A DNA stretch of 64,000 nt from Paramoeba atlantica (taxonomy: Eukaryota > Protista > Discosea): assembly GCA_977017575.1 (NCBI GenBank), contig CDRNVI010000043.1:186001-250000 (forward strand), given 5' to 3'. Shown here piece after piece: positions 11,345 through 23,226 of the stretch. Both the position numbers and the translations under genes were made by a program. Position 1 is the stretch's first letter. Each line of letters opens with the position of its first letter. The notes under the pieces are model-generated. The model saw nothing but the letters and a program-made list of their open reading frames with translations, searched no databases and had not been told where the DNA came from.

Positions 11345-12410
11345 CTTGTCCGCGTTCCACAATCCTAGACATAGATTCTCAGTGCGCGACCCGCGCGCTG
11401 GAGCTTTGCCTCCAGAAGTGGGCTTTGCTCACGGTTGGGCCTTGCTCGCAAAAGAGGGCTTTTGCCTCCAGAAGTGGGCTTCGCTCACAGTTGGGCCTTG
11501 CCTCTGGCCAATCCTGCGGAAGGGGTAGACATAGGTTCTCAGTGCGCGACCCCGGAGGGCGCGGGTCGCCAAAAGATATAATTCTGTCCCAGCGCTAGGC
11601 ACCTGCACCCTTATCTGTCATAGAAACTCACACCCTTATCTGTCATAAATGCACCCTTATCTGTCATAAATGCACCCTTATCTGTCATAAATGCACCCTT
11701 ATCTGTCATAAATGCACCCTTATCGGTCATAATGCACCCATATCTGTCATAATGCACCCTTATCTGTCATAAATGCATATATATATGCATATCGCTATAA
11801 TGCATATCGCTCACGCGACCCCCGCTAAATAGGGGGGGAAGGTGGTAGTTGTGGGGTATGGAGGCCTCTCGCAACTCCGGGTCCTCACCGGGAGCAAAGG
11901 TGAATTTATTGGTCTCCCCAACTTGACACTATGCGCAGCATTCGCCAGTTTCTGTCGCAGACGTGTAAACAAGGTCTGGTCCATTGGCCCGGCCGGCCCC
12001 TCCGTGCGTTCGGCCTCTCATATTCCCCAAAACAACTACCACCTTCCCCCCATTTATCAGGGGTCGCTCGCGCGACCCCCGCTAAATAGGGGGGGAAGGT
12101 GGTAGTTGTGGGGTATGGAGGCCTCTCGCAACTCCAGGGCCTCACCGGGAGCACAATTGAGGTTACCTATTTTCGCTCACGGTTGGGCCTTGTTCGCAAA
12201 TGGGGGCTTTTGCCCCTAGAAGTGGGCTTCGCTCACAGTTCGGCCTTGGCTCTGGACAATCCTGCGGAAGGGGTAGACATAGGTTCTCAGTGCGCGACCC
12301 CAGAGCGCGCGGGTCGCCCAAAAATATAATTCTGTCCCAGGGCTACACTCCCAATTGGGCCTTGCTCGCAAACGGGGGCTTTTGCCTCCAGAAGTGGGCT
12401 ATGTTGACAG
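11345..12410. repeat. Composite repeat block (three related ~200-bp units plus two ~90-bp duplicates)
   Basis: Recurrent tagacatagRttctcagtgcgcgaccc and gggcttttgcctccagaagtgggc; duplicated cgcgacccccgctaaatagggggggaaggtggtagttgtgggg at ~11813 and ~12071. Confidence 0.8.
11604..11776. repeat. Minisatellite, 20-21-bp unit
   Basis: (tgcacccttatctgtcataaa)n. Confidence 0.9.
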
Positions 12411-12685
12411 TTGACATTTCCCAATAATATATTTATCTAAATGTAGCCCCGGCACTGCCATCTGTGCGGATGGTACTAACACCGACCTTTTTTATTAGTG
12501 GCATTCTATCTGTCCATTGGCATTTTATCTGTCCATTAGTCATTTTATTTGTCCAGGGACATTTGACGTGTAAAGTGGCCCAAATTAAGATGCAGAAGAA
12601 AACATGACATACATTTTCCGTTTTTGACAAGACGACTTCGGCATCATTTTACGCGAATTACGCGCTTGCCATACGACAAGCAATA

Positions 12686-13357
12686 TCAATTATTGAGCGC
12701 GATCCTCTTTGGTTCATCCTCTGGGTAGGCTTCAGATGTGTACAGAGGGGACGAAAACGGCTCATAGTCTTTATAACACTGAGGAAAAACTTTCTCTACA
12801 GCTCTCTCCGCTACTCCACGACAGTTGGGGTTCTGTGATACGGAAAGAGTGGCACGTCGCTGGACACATCGCATTCCGGCGCCTATTGGGCTGTGGTGCC
12901 CACGTCCCCACTCCGCGTTCCACAGACATTCCCCGCTGAGCCGAGAGGCACGGACTTCCGAGCAGGCATGATGGAGACAATTGGACGGGTCGACCTCTGC
13001 CCTTGCGTCGTCGTAAGCATGTATCATTTCATGCAGGAGAAGCCGATGCAGTTCATTTTCTCCCCCTCTTACTGTATTTTGGTGTAGAATAATTTGCCCC
13101 TTTGCTCCATTTGGAGTATTTTTCCAAAGATAGCCTCCTTCTACGGCATGAGAAGCTGTGTTTTCGGCGAAAGGGAGATGAACCATGCTTGTTCTAGGGA
13201 ACTCTTTATGCGCGTTCTTGCTATCTACACATTTGATCATTCTGAAGTCAAAAGGCTCTTCTGTTAGAGTTTCAATCGCGCGTGCTACGTAGCGAATAGT
13301 ATTTACCGAATGAAGTGCTTTTTGGACACCTTTTTCGCAATCTGTGTGAAGCATCAC
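12686..13357 (-). CDS. ATP23: Mitochondrial inner membrane protease ATP23 (peptidase M76)
   Basis: LLHEMIHAYDDAR zinc motif, HHACSEVRASRLSGEC, CVQRRATLSV, C-terminal VFPQCYKDYEPF. Confidence 0.93.
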   Translation of the reverse strand: MMLHTDCEKGVQKALHSVNTIRYVARAIETLTEEPFDFRMIKCVDSKNAHKEFPRTSMVHLPFAENTASHAVEGGYLWKNTPNGAKGQIILHQNTVRGGENELHRLLLHEMIHAYDDARAEVDPSNCLHHACSEVRASRLSGECLWNAEWGRGHHSPIGAGMRCVQRRATLSVSQNPNCRGVAERAVEKVFPQCYKDYEPFSSPLYTSEAYPEDEPKRIALNN

Positions 13358-13853
13358 GATTTATTGCGATTCAGTGGCCGTTTTTCGACATGCAAGAAAA
13401 AATCTATTCAAGGAGTTAACGAAATAATTTGAATATGCCTAATTGATCTTAAATAGCGAACATGCATAGCCCCTGTAGGTTATACATGTAAATATGTAAG
13501 TACCTCGAACGTATAAGCATGTCGTTTTGTTCTATTTTTTAGCTAAAAGAATGATAGTATTAAAAATGCTTACATAATATTATTGTGTAATAATAATGCC
13601 TGTTTATTAAATAAACAAGCGTTTAAATCATAGAAGTTCCGAAAAAGACCAATTTTAGTTAATTCCCACAAAGTTGCTACAAAGCATTACTACAAGATGC
13701 GACTTTTTGTTTCAAAAGAACTTCATACGAACGAAACCTATATTGCAATAAATCAGGACGGAGAACTTTCGTCAAAATGTTTTAGAGAATATGAAAACGA
13801 AGGATGCAAATCTACTGGGATAGATGGAAAACAATTTCTGTAGAGTTATCATT

Positions 13854-16800
13854 CTACTTTCGGCGAAAGAATAGACTTCTTTTTCGACATTTTTTAGGCA
13901 CTCTCCTAAGTGTTATTTTTCGTAACGCGCTGTGCTGTTGAGTGATCTGTTCCCCTAATACAGAAGCTTCTGATCCACAGTGTTCTGTCCTCTCTCGCAT
14001 TGTTGGTAGTGGGAGTGTGCGAATCGTTTCATGGGCACTGATGGCTTTCCGGATAATACCGCTTCCCAAAGATTCTTTCATGCGTGCTATACGTGAGAGA
14101 AAGCCTGCCGCGCGACAAAGTTCAGTAGAACAGTGGGCCTTGTTAAGCGCTGATTGCTTCGAGTGTATGACAATTGGTGCGATCTGATGCAAAATTATGC
14201 AGTATGCCAATAATCGTGGAAGATGTTGAGTTGATATTTGCTCTTGATTCAATGCAGAATTTGACTTCATTTGAGCATATTTTTTCGGAAATAAAGGTGA
14301 TACAGCTCTTCGGAGATATGTGAGGACCAAACTTTGGGTCCGTTCTGAAACTTCGATAGCGCGAGTCAATTCCGTTATCATTACAAAAAAATTGATGCAG
14401 CGATTGACTGCGTCGTTGCCATGCTCTAGGTCAAAATAATGTACGTTAAGTGCGTGTGGCATCTCATTCGACCGAGATGTTAGACGAACCATGTTTTGAG
14501 CACCACATTGCAAGATTTGCTCAAGTTTCGAATTGGTTAACGAAAAAGGGTCTGAGCTAACCCCATCGTTGTCGCCTACGAGGCTCACAATTGGACTCAA
14601 GGAGAGACGAGAAAATACTTCAATAATTGCACCAAGTAAAGAAAATGTCATCATGCGGACATCTCCCTCACTATGAAGAATGCCACAACTCACATGACAA
14701 GCCAATTGGAATCCTTTCCAACTCTTCGCAAAAGCAGGGCGGCTTTCTTGCAAAAAAGATGTGATTCGTACGTACGATATGAGCGCGTCCATAAGGCAGG
14801 TTAGCAAGTTTGTATTAGGCGACTGCTTCTTTTTCATGAGTGTTTCTTGTTCGTTGTCAGGAAAGATAATGCCCGAGTAGTTGAGGTTGATTTGTACTTC
14901 CAAAATTTGTATGATATGCTGACCACATGTTGCACAAAGAGAATTGAGACCACTACTCTTGAAGTACTCCTCAATATTAGCGATTTGTTCAGAAGCTCGG
15001 TGTGAAATATTTTGGAAAAGAAGCTTCGAAACACTTACCCCCGTGTATTGTACTTCTTGGTCACAATCTTGTAGCCAACTTAAAATAATGCTTTTAACTA
15101 GCGTCAGAGATTCGCCGTCTTCTAGAATGCAGGAGAGCGCCGCTGCGGCTTGTTTGCGACATTTACTTGTGCCATCGCTTGCGAGAGAATGCGCAAGCAC
15201 GGACATGATGACATGCGCGTGTTCTGAAAGCACTTGCAATGGGCATCGCTTCATGAGAACATACATTAATCTGAGAACGCCGAATCGGGCGTCATCGGTT
15301 GGACATTTAGCGTGCGAAAGAAGGATATCCATGTAGGATTGTATATGATCAAGAGGAAGATAATCAGTAAAAAATATTGCGATGATGGCCAAACATCTGT
15401 TGCGCACTCCTCCATCCGCAGTTTGGATCATAGTTTCCAGGATCTTCGGCATGATATCAACGACCTCGATGACGTTCCATCTCCGTACCATAATAACTTT
15501 CAGTAGGGATAGTGCACTTGAAACATTACGCTTATGAACCACGTCAGCATGTATAGTCGAGACTATGACGCTAACGGTGGTCAATTCAGGTTTGCAGAAT
15601 ACAGGCTTCATGAGCAAAGATAACACCCTGAAGCAATTCGTCCTAATACTACCCCCACGGTCAAGAATGCCTAAGATACCCTCAAAGAGTCTCTCAACAT
15701 GTTCTTCCGAAAAAGGAGATCGGTGTTGAAATATTTCTTGCAATAGAAGGAGAACAGCTTTCACTGTTTCATCGCTGGCATCATGTCGAAGAACATTCAT
15801 AAGGAGAGGAAGAAAAACCGAAACGAAGTTATTGCTCAATACATCGAGCTCTTGTGTTGTCCGAATGTCCTTTGGAGCGGTAGAATCACTTTCGGAATGG
15901 AAACTCACATGAGAAGCATTGTCCTTTTCAGAAAATGTTTGAACGCAACCGTACTGAACGTTCCTTTTTCTCCAAATTTGCTTTGATAGTAAAAGCGCTG
16001 CTTCATTTGAGACATCTCGTATTTGATGTGTTAGAATTCCTTCATTTGTCATAGTAGTTTTTCGTAGCTTCTGCTTTCGTTGCCTCGAGAGATCAAGAAT
16101 AGGAGTTGACACAAAGTCAACGTCACGTCTCTCCGCAGGCAGCTGCAAAGAAAATGTATTCTCGAAATGCTTTGAGTAAGTTGCCCGTTGAACCTTACTT
16201 TCACTTTGATTCACTTGAAGCGCACTTCCGAAACCTCGGTCCTTGTCAAACTTACGAGAGATATGCTCGAGTGCAGAATAATTCGTTTCTAAGACCTGAA
16301 GAGCCAATTTCAACAAGATGTCGAAATCAGATTCCACATTTAAAATGAGTCCTCCAATAATTGCAAGCGCCATTTGACGTGCCTTGTTGACAGATACGCG
16401 GTCGGCAGTTGTCCTTTTTTCATTTTTCAAGAAACTTTTGTGGTTGGCGTCGGGTGATAGCAACCAACGTACAGTGCTTAACATGATTTCAAATTCCATT
16501 TCAGGATTCCCGATTTCTGCCAAGAAAGTCATCCCTTCTAGCGATCGATTTTTCTTGGACTCCTTCAGTGTACGCAACTTTCGTATCGTCTTTTCTTCGC
16601 CTACTTTGCCAAAATAGCTGTCCAGAAGTATTGCTGTAATTTCTTCACGCTTTTCTCTAATGACATTTCTTGCACATTTTGCACTGTGAATAACATCCTT
16701 ACAACGTATGAGAATGTCTATAATTGTGTAGCCCAGTACATGTACCTGGTACCCATCGGACAAGATAGCACGAGACTGCGATAAAACAAAAGGGAAATAT

Positions 16801-19800
16801 GAAGCAAACCCGAAAGATTGTAGCACATGTGTTAGAATTTCACGTACGCGATCCCGAATTGTTTCCTTACTTTTCGTTCGGAGATGCGTAACAAGAAAGC
16901 CTAAAAGTTTTCGTATTTCACTATTCACATAGTCCGTAAATGGAATCAAAGAATATGCGTGAAGCAGTGCATTTATCTGAACGGCTTGTAAGGTTTCACC
17001 TTCGATGGCGCATTGCAGGAATGGGATTATTTTCGTTACCAAATAAGTTTCAACGAACTTGCTCTTTTCGGCGGGAAATATTTTTATCAAACGCATTACC
17101 ATATTAGAAGCCAAGTTGTGAGACGGATATTTCTTCAACAATTGCAATATCCTATTGAAAATCCGTAAATACAACCTAGGAGGACAATGTTTGGCTATAA
17201 CGAGAAGATTTTTGAGTACCAAGCTCGTCAACGTACGCCGCTGTTGTCGTCGATAGGTCTTTTTATCGATCCCTTCAGAAGTTTCCATAGCAAAACACTT
17301 TCCACCGAGTCCCAATAATTGCAAAAGTTTGACTAAATGCGGAACAAAGTACAGAGCAGCATCTTTTATGCCTATCTTTGAGTGCGACAGTCCATATTCT
17401 AATTTCTCATGAAGCAGAACCAAACCTTTCGAATTTTCGGATACGTTCGGGGATTGAAGCAACACATACACGTTTTTCGAGTCTTGGGATGAATACATTT
17501 CGCGAAGCCCCTCATATCGATGGACTCCAAAAGAACTTCGGGCAACCACACCTAACAGACCCAATGCAGCCTTTCGAGCCCACGGCTGACTATGTCCTAA
17601 AAGTATTTGAATTTTTGGCATAATAACTGGAGTCAGTATTCCTTCATTAAATTGCAGTCTGGTCAAATGATTTTCCAAAAGCGAATAACTCGTGATCAGT
17701 GATTCAAGCACTGCAGAAGCGTACGTGTGAGAGTCGGTATTTTCAGCGAAAAATAGAAAAGATAAAATAAAGTGAACAAGGGCTTCATTCTCCTTTCCTT
17801 CTGGAAGTATTGATGGAAGGTGTATATCGCTAAACCTTTCAGTGCCAAATTCAACATCTTCTTCAGTCGTATTGTGCGGTAAACGCTTATCAAATTTATA
17901 GCAGTTCTTGTAGAAGAGCAACAAATATTCCCATGCATGATTTCTAGCCAATTGGTTTGGACGACTCACTTGCCGATCTTGTGCGTCAATACTATTCGCA
18001 AGAAGGGCGCGAACAATGCGATTAATACCAATTGTAATTTTGGAATCACTGATGACATCAAGCGCATGAGTAATATCCACCCGCATTGAATCGCTGCGAA
18101 TGGAAAAAAGCAATGAGGATAAATTGGAACGCATAGCAGGAAATTCCTTCGGGTCTGAAAACCTCACAAGCGATCGAATAAGCTGAATAGTGCTACGCAG
18201 CGAACTGCAGTCAGCAGTTTTAAACTTCTTGCCACATATTTCTTTACAATGCGAAAATAAAAATGTTAGTATCAGAGACGACCCACGACCTAGAAAGGCA
18301 AAGTCGTGAAGAGTTGGTTCAGCGCACGTTTTTTCTTCTGCCATCAAACTAAAAACCTCATTAATACACATTGTGCACGTGCGCAAAGTGGCGCTGAACA
18401 GCTGCTTCGATATTTCCGAATGACGCAGTATTGATTCAAACAGAAGTAATAATTTAGGAAGTCGGGGTTGTATTACCAGAGTAGGAAACGTGTTCGAATA
18501 TGAACAACAGGCTGATGCATCATTTAGATTGCTTTCCTTTGCACCCATTGCGCTCCTGGAAGTACAAATAATATCTAAATTATCCAACAAATATTTCAAA
18601 CGTGCTTCGCAAAGCTTACTTTCTTTTAGTAATAAAGACTTCCGAAAATCAAAAAGTGATGCGTCGGTCGCACATTCTTGGGGAAAGGAATCTAAAAACA
18701 ACGCTCGATCGAGTATTTCCGGAAATTCCAAGAGAAGGTAGTTAAGTGCACCGCATTTGATCCAACTTTTCATTAGTTCCTCAAAAACTGGCCGCGAAAG
18801 CTTCAAATTAAAAGTTGTCTTCAATATTCGTTGTACGTCGCTTCTAGGAAATATTGCAGAGTTAACAGAAGGTGAAAAAACATCTAAAATCTCGAACAGC
18901 AAGAATACCCCTTCCTGACAAGTTTTCGTGTATTCAGAAGGTGTAATATTAGACAATACTGTCGTGCGAGGTTTGTGAGCGTCCTGAAGTATACAAGAAG
19001 CAAGATAATGAATCATATCCAGTACGCAGTCAGACATAAGGTGGCGTAAATTACGCACCATGCTTCGTAAGAGAAAAACAGTGCGAGAAGCTCGTCGAGA
19101 TGCCGCATGCACATTAGTATCCTCAATGATTCCATGAGACAAAAGCGGTAATACGACTACGGATTTTATCGTTGCAGTATCAAATTTGCCAACAAAACGA
19201 AAGAGGTGTAGTGTATTAGGATTCCGATCCAAGTTATACAAAAGAGTCCTGCTAGCGATAATGAGAACTGCCATCAAAAAGCATATATCCGCCGCGCAAT
19301 CAATTCCTTCTAGTTGAAGACGCTTTATTTTGTGAGACCGAAATTTGGTCCTATGAAAGCCAAGATTCAAACAAAGTTCACTCAACGAGGGACCCATAGT
19401 GGAAAACGGCTCAATGAGTAAATTTTTGAGGCCTTCGATACAGGAAATTTGTATATTGGAGGATGGATGTTTCAAAAAACAAAGAAATATTTTTTGAAGT
19501 ATGGTTCGCACATCATCGGGTTCTAATTTAGGAACAACACCTTCTGTTGTACCTACAAGATCAATTAGAGAAGATTTGGACCAGAGCTCGAGCAACACCA
19601 GCAGTGTTTCGTCAGAAGCATTTCGAAAAGTGGAAGAAACTGACCAATTTATTGAACGTAGGTAACGCTCACCACTGTCGTGATCTTCAGATTCCGACGA
19701 TTGAAGGTAGGAAGGGGGAAGCAATGATGACCGCCATGCTTCCTCACAATCAAGTTTCGTTTCTTTCAATAACCAATGCCACAAAGTTACAATGAACTGA

Positions 19801-22800
19801 TGCGTTGCATCGCCAAGCTTTTTTCGAGGCTGCAAATGAAGTTTGCTTAGTTCATCGTTTTCCGAAGAAACAGATAAAGCAGTAGTTGAACCTTCTAATA
19901 CAGTTCTAGACGCTACCTTCTTTATATGTTTCTGTGATGCACTGTACTTCGAACATAACGAAACTAGAAGCCCGGTAACCATTTTCCAAAGAGCCCGAAA
20001 TACGGAAACAGGATCCGAGCACACTTTCTGAGACAAGATACTGCGAAATGGTGCCGGTAAACCAATTGTATCCTTGTACTCATGTCTTGTCGCGGTACAT
20101 TTCGTGCTGTCCTGGTCATGTAGCATACAACTAATCAAGTGCTCGTGCAAAACCCCGAGTGCAACAGGAAACGTGTGACACAATAGCTGAAGAATGAATA
20201 CACAGTGCTCGGATAGTGGAGTGTACTTGCAAAACATAAGACCTAATAAATGGGATGTAACAATTTCAATAACGCAATCTGATTCCAATGAGTCAATGTT
20301 AGTACGCACAACTTCTCGTAGATTGTGTAGTGCGCTGATTTTCAGTCGAGAAGTTTCAACAAGAAGCGGATCCAGTTTTTCGGCATCCGTGCACAATCTA
20401 ATAGCTGGATGATCGACAAGTTTTTGACTTAACAAAAGAGCATTATACCGCATGTCGGGGTGAGGGTGACGTAAAAATTTTTTAACAACATCGAAGCGGG
20501 CTTCCGACTTCCAATAAGTGCTAGACGTTGCTCGCACTATAACCTTTAACATTTCTGGAGAAAACAGAAAGCGATCCGAAGTATTCACTTGCTCGGAAGC
20601 ATCGTCCATGTGAATACGTTCCGTAACAAGTTGCAAAATATCTTCGAGAGCAGTAAGTGCAAGATCGGCCATTGTGTAGCTTTGCGATCCTGTTTCACCA
20701 GTAAGCACGGGACGCACCACTCGACACTCATCGCCGTTGAACGAACTTGTCACTACGTACCACAGATTCGCTATACAATTGTCAGTAAATACAATGTCCG
20801 CGTGATCAACATGCCATTTGTTTTCAAGTACATATTGAACCCATTCATTCATCAGACGTGTTGAATCTTCCAATTTTTCTATGTCACTGACAGATATCCA
20901 CCCAATAACTTTAAAATAATTAGAGATAAATGTCCTTTCATCAGGAACGTCAGTCTTCGATAGCGCATTAAGAACTCTACTGAAGGCACCTTGATTCACT
21001 TTGAGATTTACCAGCCAATTGTAGAGATCAAAATTTATAGCGATTTTAGTGCTATCGCCGTTTCGAACAATACATGAACTCTTCTTTCTTTTCATTGTGG
21101 TCGCTTTATCACATTTTAAAGACCATTCGCTGGGTTCCGCTTTATCTTCCCCTATAATCAGAGTTTCGCGTGAGTCTATAATGCAGGGACACAATGCAGC
21201 TAACAAATCTACAATACAGGGAATCATGTCTCTCGAACTAGAAACAATGTCGTGTGTTTCCATCTCTAAAGCGTAAATGTTCCTCTTGATTGCATCAGTC
21301 AGCGACTCCAGTAGCACAGGTAATATGCCGTAATCAAAAGATTCACCTGTCGTATTCATCCAAAATCTTGTGGCTGATGTGACTGATCTAATTCCATTCG
21401 CAGTAACAAATACATCGCTAAGAGTTTCTTGCAGCAATTTTTGAAAAATATCTGATGCATCATAGCAGGGATCTACCTTGGGGTACAATTTCACTATTTC
21501 CATGCAATAATAAGCGCAAAGATGCTGAGACTCAATGCATTTGTGCAAGACTTTGCCATCTGTTTGGCTCCCACTTTGTATGCTATCTCTGATCTCAAGC
21601 GCTAAGCGTAAGAGCCGATTAAAAAACATCGATTCCTTCATATTCATTGCTCGAGGTGCACTATCCAATACTTTTGTGATAAATACGAAGCAGATGTACG
21701 CGCTTGGATGAATACTGGTCTTTTCAAAATTCTGCTCTTTGTTTCGCTTTTGTGCAAAATCGATTTCCTGGCAAATGCAGTTGAATAGAAGATCCACATC
21801 GGATGAGGCCAATTTCTGCGAATAGCAAAGCTTTTTTAACGCGACTGCTGCAGCAGTAGGAATATAACTTAGAGAAAAAGAATGATCTACGCCGATGGGA
21901 GTTGAACTGCGCATTGAGACTCTTAGTGCTGCGCTAAACATGGACGCTGCATTTCGATGTAGATTCCCAACTAAAGTCCCTCTTGATACATTGTACAAAA
22001 GTGAAGACAAAAAGGAAGTTGCAAGTTTTGTACAACGCTCACGCTTCTTATCCAAGCTCCTAATCACTGTCGTGATAATGTGAAATAGCGTGACAAGGTA
22101 AGGCTCTATTTCCTCCGAAGCCACAACTTTGAGGGGAAATTCACACGCATTTGCGACCAATTGCCTCAGGGGCGCACTATCCGATAATAACATTGGCAAC
22201 AAAGCAAGAATAAGCTGCTTCCATTTAAGTAGGCGTTGACTGTTTTCTGTTTCTGTTTCCGTTTCATTGTTATCCCACACAACACTTATTCGTCTCTGCC
22301 AAAGGCAGCGAACTACAGTGTTCAGAACTGTACTTGTAACGTTCATGAAGGCCTCGTTCTGGATGACATTAGGAAGTGGTGACAGTGAGACTTCCTGGAC
22401 TGCAAAACTCAGATCGTCTGAAGTTCGTCCAAGATTTGTAAATATTACCCCAAACAATAGATAGCCAACACTGCCAAGTAGGACGCGGGGCAAGTGTAGA
22501 ATCGCGTTGTCGCCTGCATCCAGCACAATTGCAATAAGAAGTTTGAGGAGCTGGGGATGATTCGGCGTAATTGAGCTACCATTATACAGAAATGAAGTTT
22601 CAGATTTCTTCTGGACAGTGAATGACTGAGCCATTTTTGAGAGCTCCGTGTCATTAATAATAGTTTTTTTAGCGGAGAACGTTGGAGTTTTCCCTCCAAA
22701 AAAGACTGTGCCACACTCTTCCCGCAGTGCACCATGCACGAGCTCGATACAAGTTTGTACATTTAACTTTATTGAGGCAACATTACCTATCATGGTCTGT

Positions 22801-23168
22801 AAACGCGATCGAAGCGTGTGCAGTACGCGTGCATTACTATTCTTTACTACTGTTTTCTCATTGGCGGTGTTGTATTCTGTCACTAACTTATGAATAGCAG
22901 CCGCGGTGTGAGTCTGAAATGGGGGTGAAGGCTCCGGAGGGAAATCAAACTCACTGCCGTAAAGTACCAGGGATGCAGGAAACATTTTCGAACGTTTAAT
23001 CTTGCTCGACTTGAAAAAAGAACTTTTCGGAGACTTTTGTTCCTTAGGGTTCCCATAACGAGTTACGTCACGGTCGGAAGTTGCGACTTCAGACACTGAG
23101 CGGGTTCGCTTTCTTGTTTTTACCATTTTATCCGTCATTGAACAAATGAAAAATATAAGCTTGCACAA
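13854..23168 (-). CDS. UTP20: U3 snoRNP / SSU processome component UTP20 (DRIM-like HEAT-repeat protein)
   Basis: 3104-aa helical protein with the IRDRVREIL...GYQVHVLGYT...YFGKVGEEK...KESKK motifs typical of the UTP20 C-terminal half. Confidence 0.8.
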   Translation of the reverse strand: MCKLIFFICSMTDKMVKTRKRTRSVSEVATSDRDVTRYGNPKEQKSPKSSFFKSSKIKRSKMFPASLVLYGSEFDFPPEPSPPFQTHTAAAIHKLVTEYNTANEKTVVKNSNARVLHTLRSRLQTMIGNVASIKLNVQTCIELVHGALREECGTVFFGGKTPTFSAKKTIINDTELSKMAQSFTVQKKSETSFLYNGSSITPNHPQLLKLLIAIVLDAGDNAILHLPRVLLGSVGYLLFGVIFTNLGRTSDDLSFAVQEVSLSPLPNVIQNEAFMNVTSTVLNTVVRCLWQRRISVVWDNNETETETENSQRLLKWKQLILALLPMLLSDSAPLRQLVANACEFPLKVVASEEIEPYLVTLFHIITTVIRSLDKKRERCTKLATSFLSSLLYNVSRGTLVGNLHRNAASMFSAALRVSMRSSTPIGVDHSFSLSYIPTAAAVALKKLCYSQKLASSDVDLLFNCICQEIDFAQKRNKEQNFEKTSIHPSAYICFVFITKVLDSAPRAMNMKESMFFNRLLRLALEIRDSIQSGSQTDGKVLHKCIESQHLCAYYCMEIVKLYPKVDPCYDASDIFQKLLQETLSDVFVTANGIRSVTSATRFWMNTTGESFDYGILPVLLESLTDAIKRNIYALEMETHDIVSSSRDMIPCIVDLLAALCPCIIDSRETLIIGEDKAEPSEWSLKCDKATTMKRKKSSCIVRNGDSTKIAINFDLYNWLVNLKVNQGAFSRVLNALSKTDVPDERTFISNYFKVIGWISVSDIEKLEDSTRLMNEWVQYVLENKWHVDHADIVFTDNCIANLWYVVTSSFNGDECRVVRPVLTGETGSQSYTMADLALTALEDILQLVTERIHMDDASEQVNTSDRFLFSPEMLKVIVRATSSTYWKSEARFDVVKKFLRHPHPDMRYNALLLSQKLVDHPAIRLCTDAEKLDPLLVETSRLKISALHNLREVVRTNIDSLESDCVIEIVTSHLLGLMFCKYTPLSEHCVFILQLLCHTFPVALGVLHEHLISCMLHDQDSTKCTATRHEYKDTIGLPAPFRSILSQKVCSDPVSVFRALWKMVTGLLVSLCSKYSASQKHIKKVASRTVLEGSTTALSVSSENDELSKLHLQPRKKLGDATHQFIVTLWHWLLKETKLDCEEAWRSSLLPPSYLQSSESEDHDSGERYLRSINWSVSSTFRNASDETLLVLLELWSKSSLIDLVGTTEGVVPKLEPDDVRTILQKIFLCFLKHPSSNIQISCIEGLKNLLIEPFSTMGPSLSELCLNLGFHRTKFRSHKIKRLQLEGIDCAADICFLMAVLIIASRTLLYNLDRNPNTLHLFRFVGKFDTATIKSVVVLPLLSHGIIEDTNVHAASRRASRTVFLLRSMVRNLRHLMSDCVLDMIHYLASCILQDAHKPRTTVLSNITPSEYTKTCQEGVFLLFEILDVFSPSVNSAIFPRSDVQRILKTTFNLKLSRPVFEELMKSWIKCGALNYLLLEFPEILDRALFLDSFPQECATDASLFDFRKSLLLKESKLCEARLKYLLDNLDIICTSRSAMGAKESNLNDASACCSYSNTFPTLVIQPRLPKLLLLFESILRHSEISKQLFSATLRTCTMCINEVFSLMAEEKTCAEPTLHDFAFLGRGSSLILTFLFSHCKEICGKKFKTADCSSLRSTIQLIRSLVRFSDPKEFPAMRSNLSSLLFSIRSDSMRVDITHALDVISDSKITIGINRIVRALLANSIDAQDRQVSRPNQLARNHAWEYLLLFYKNCYKFDKRLPHNTTEEDVEFGTERFSDIHLPSILPEGKENEALVHFILSFLFFAENTDSHTYASAVLESLITSYSLLENHLTRLQFNEGILTPVIMPKIQILLGHSQPWARKAALGLLGVVARSSFGVHRYEGLREMYSSQDSKNVYVLLQSPNVSENSKGLVLLHEKLEYGLSHSKIGIKDAALYFVPHLVKLLQLLGLGGKCFAMETSEGIDKKTYRRQQRRTLTSLVLKNLLVIAKHCPPRLYLRIFNRILQLLKKYPSHNLASNMVMRLIKIFPAEKSKFVETYLVTKIIPFLQCAIEGETLQAVQINALLHAYSLIPFTDYVNSEIRKLLGFLVTHLRTKSKETIRDRVREILTHVLQSFGFASYFPFVLSQSRAILSDGYQVHVLGYTIIDILIRCKDVIHSAKCARNVIREKREEITAILLDSYFGKVGEEKTIRKLRTLKESKKNRSLEGMTFLAEIGNPEMEFEIMLSTVRWLLSPDANHKSFLKNEKRTTADRVSVNKARQMALAIIGGLILNVESDFDILLKLALQVLETNYSALEHISRKFDKDRGFGSALQVNQSESKVQRATYSKHFENTFSLQLPAERRDVDFVSTPILDLSRQRKQKLRKTTMTNEGILTHQIRDVSNEAALLLSKQIWRKRNVQYGCVQTFSEKDNASHVSFHSESDSTAPKDIRTTQELDVLSNNFVSVFLPLLMNVLRHDASDETVKAVLLLLQEIFQHRSPFSEEHVERLFEGILGILDRGGSIRTNCFRVLSLLMKPVFCKPELTTVSVIVSTIHADVVHKRNVSSALSLLKVIMVRRWNVIEVVDIMPKILETMIQTADGGVRNRCLAIIAIFFTDYLPLDHIQSYMDILLSHAKCPTDDARFGVLRLMYVLMKRCPLQVLSEHAHVIMSVLAHSLASDGTSKCRKQAAAALSCILEDGESLTLVKSIILSWLQDCDQEVQYTGVSVSKLLFQNISHRASEQIANIEEYFKSSGLNSLCATCGQHIIQILEVQINLNYSGIIFPDNEQETLMKKKQSPNTNLLTCLMDALISYVRITSFLQESRPAFAKSWKGFQLACHVSCGILHSEGDVRMMTFSLLGAIIEVFSRLSLSPIVSLVGDNDGVSSDPFSLTNSKLEQILQCGAQNMVRLTSRSNEMPHALNVHYFDLEHGNDAVNRCINFFVMITELTRAIEVSERTQSLVLTYLRRAVSPLFPKKYAQMKSNSALNQEQISTQHLPRLLAYCIILHQIAPIVIHSKQSALNKAHCSTELCRAAGFLSRIARMKESLGSGIIRKAISAHETIRTLPLPTMRERTEHCGSEASVLGEQITQQHSALRKITLRRVPKKCRKRSLFFRRK

Positions 23169-23226
23169 AATAATTTATTTCTGTTTCTAGACACATGTGA
23201 AATGTTAGTAAAGTATTTTCGGCTCG

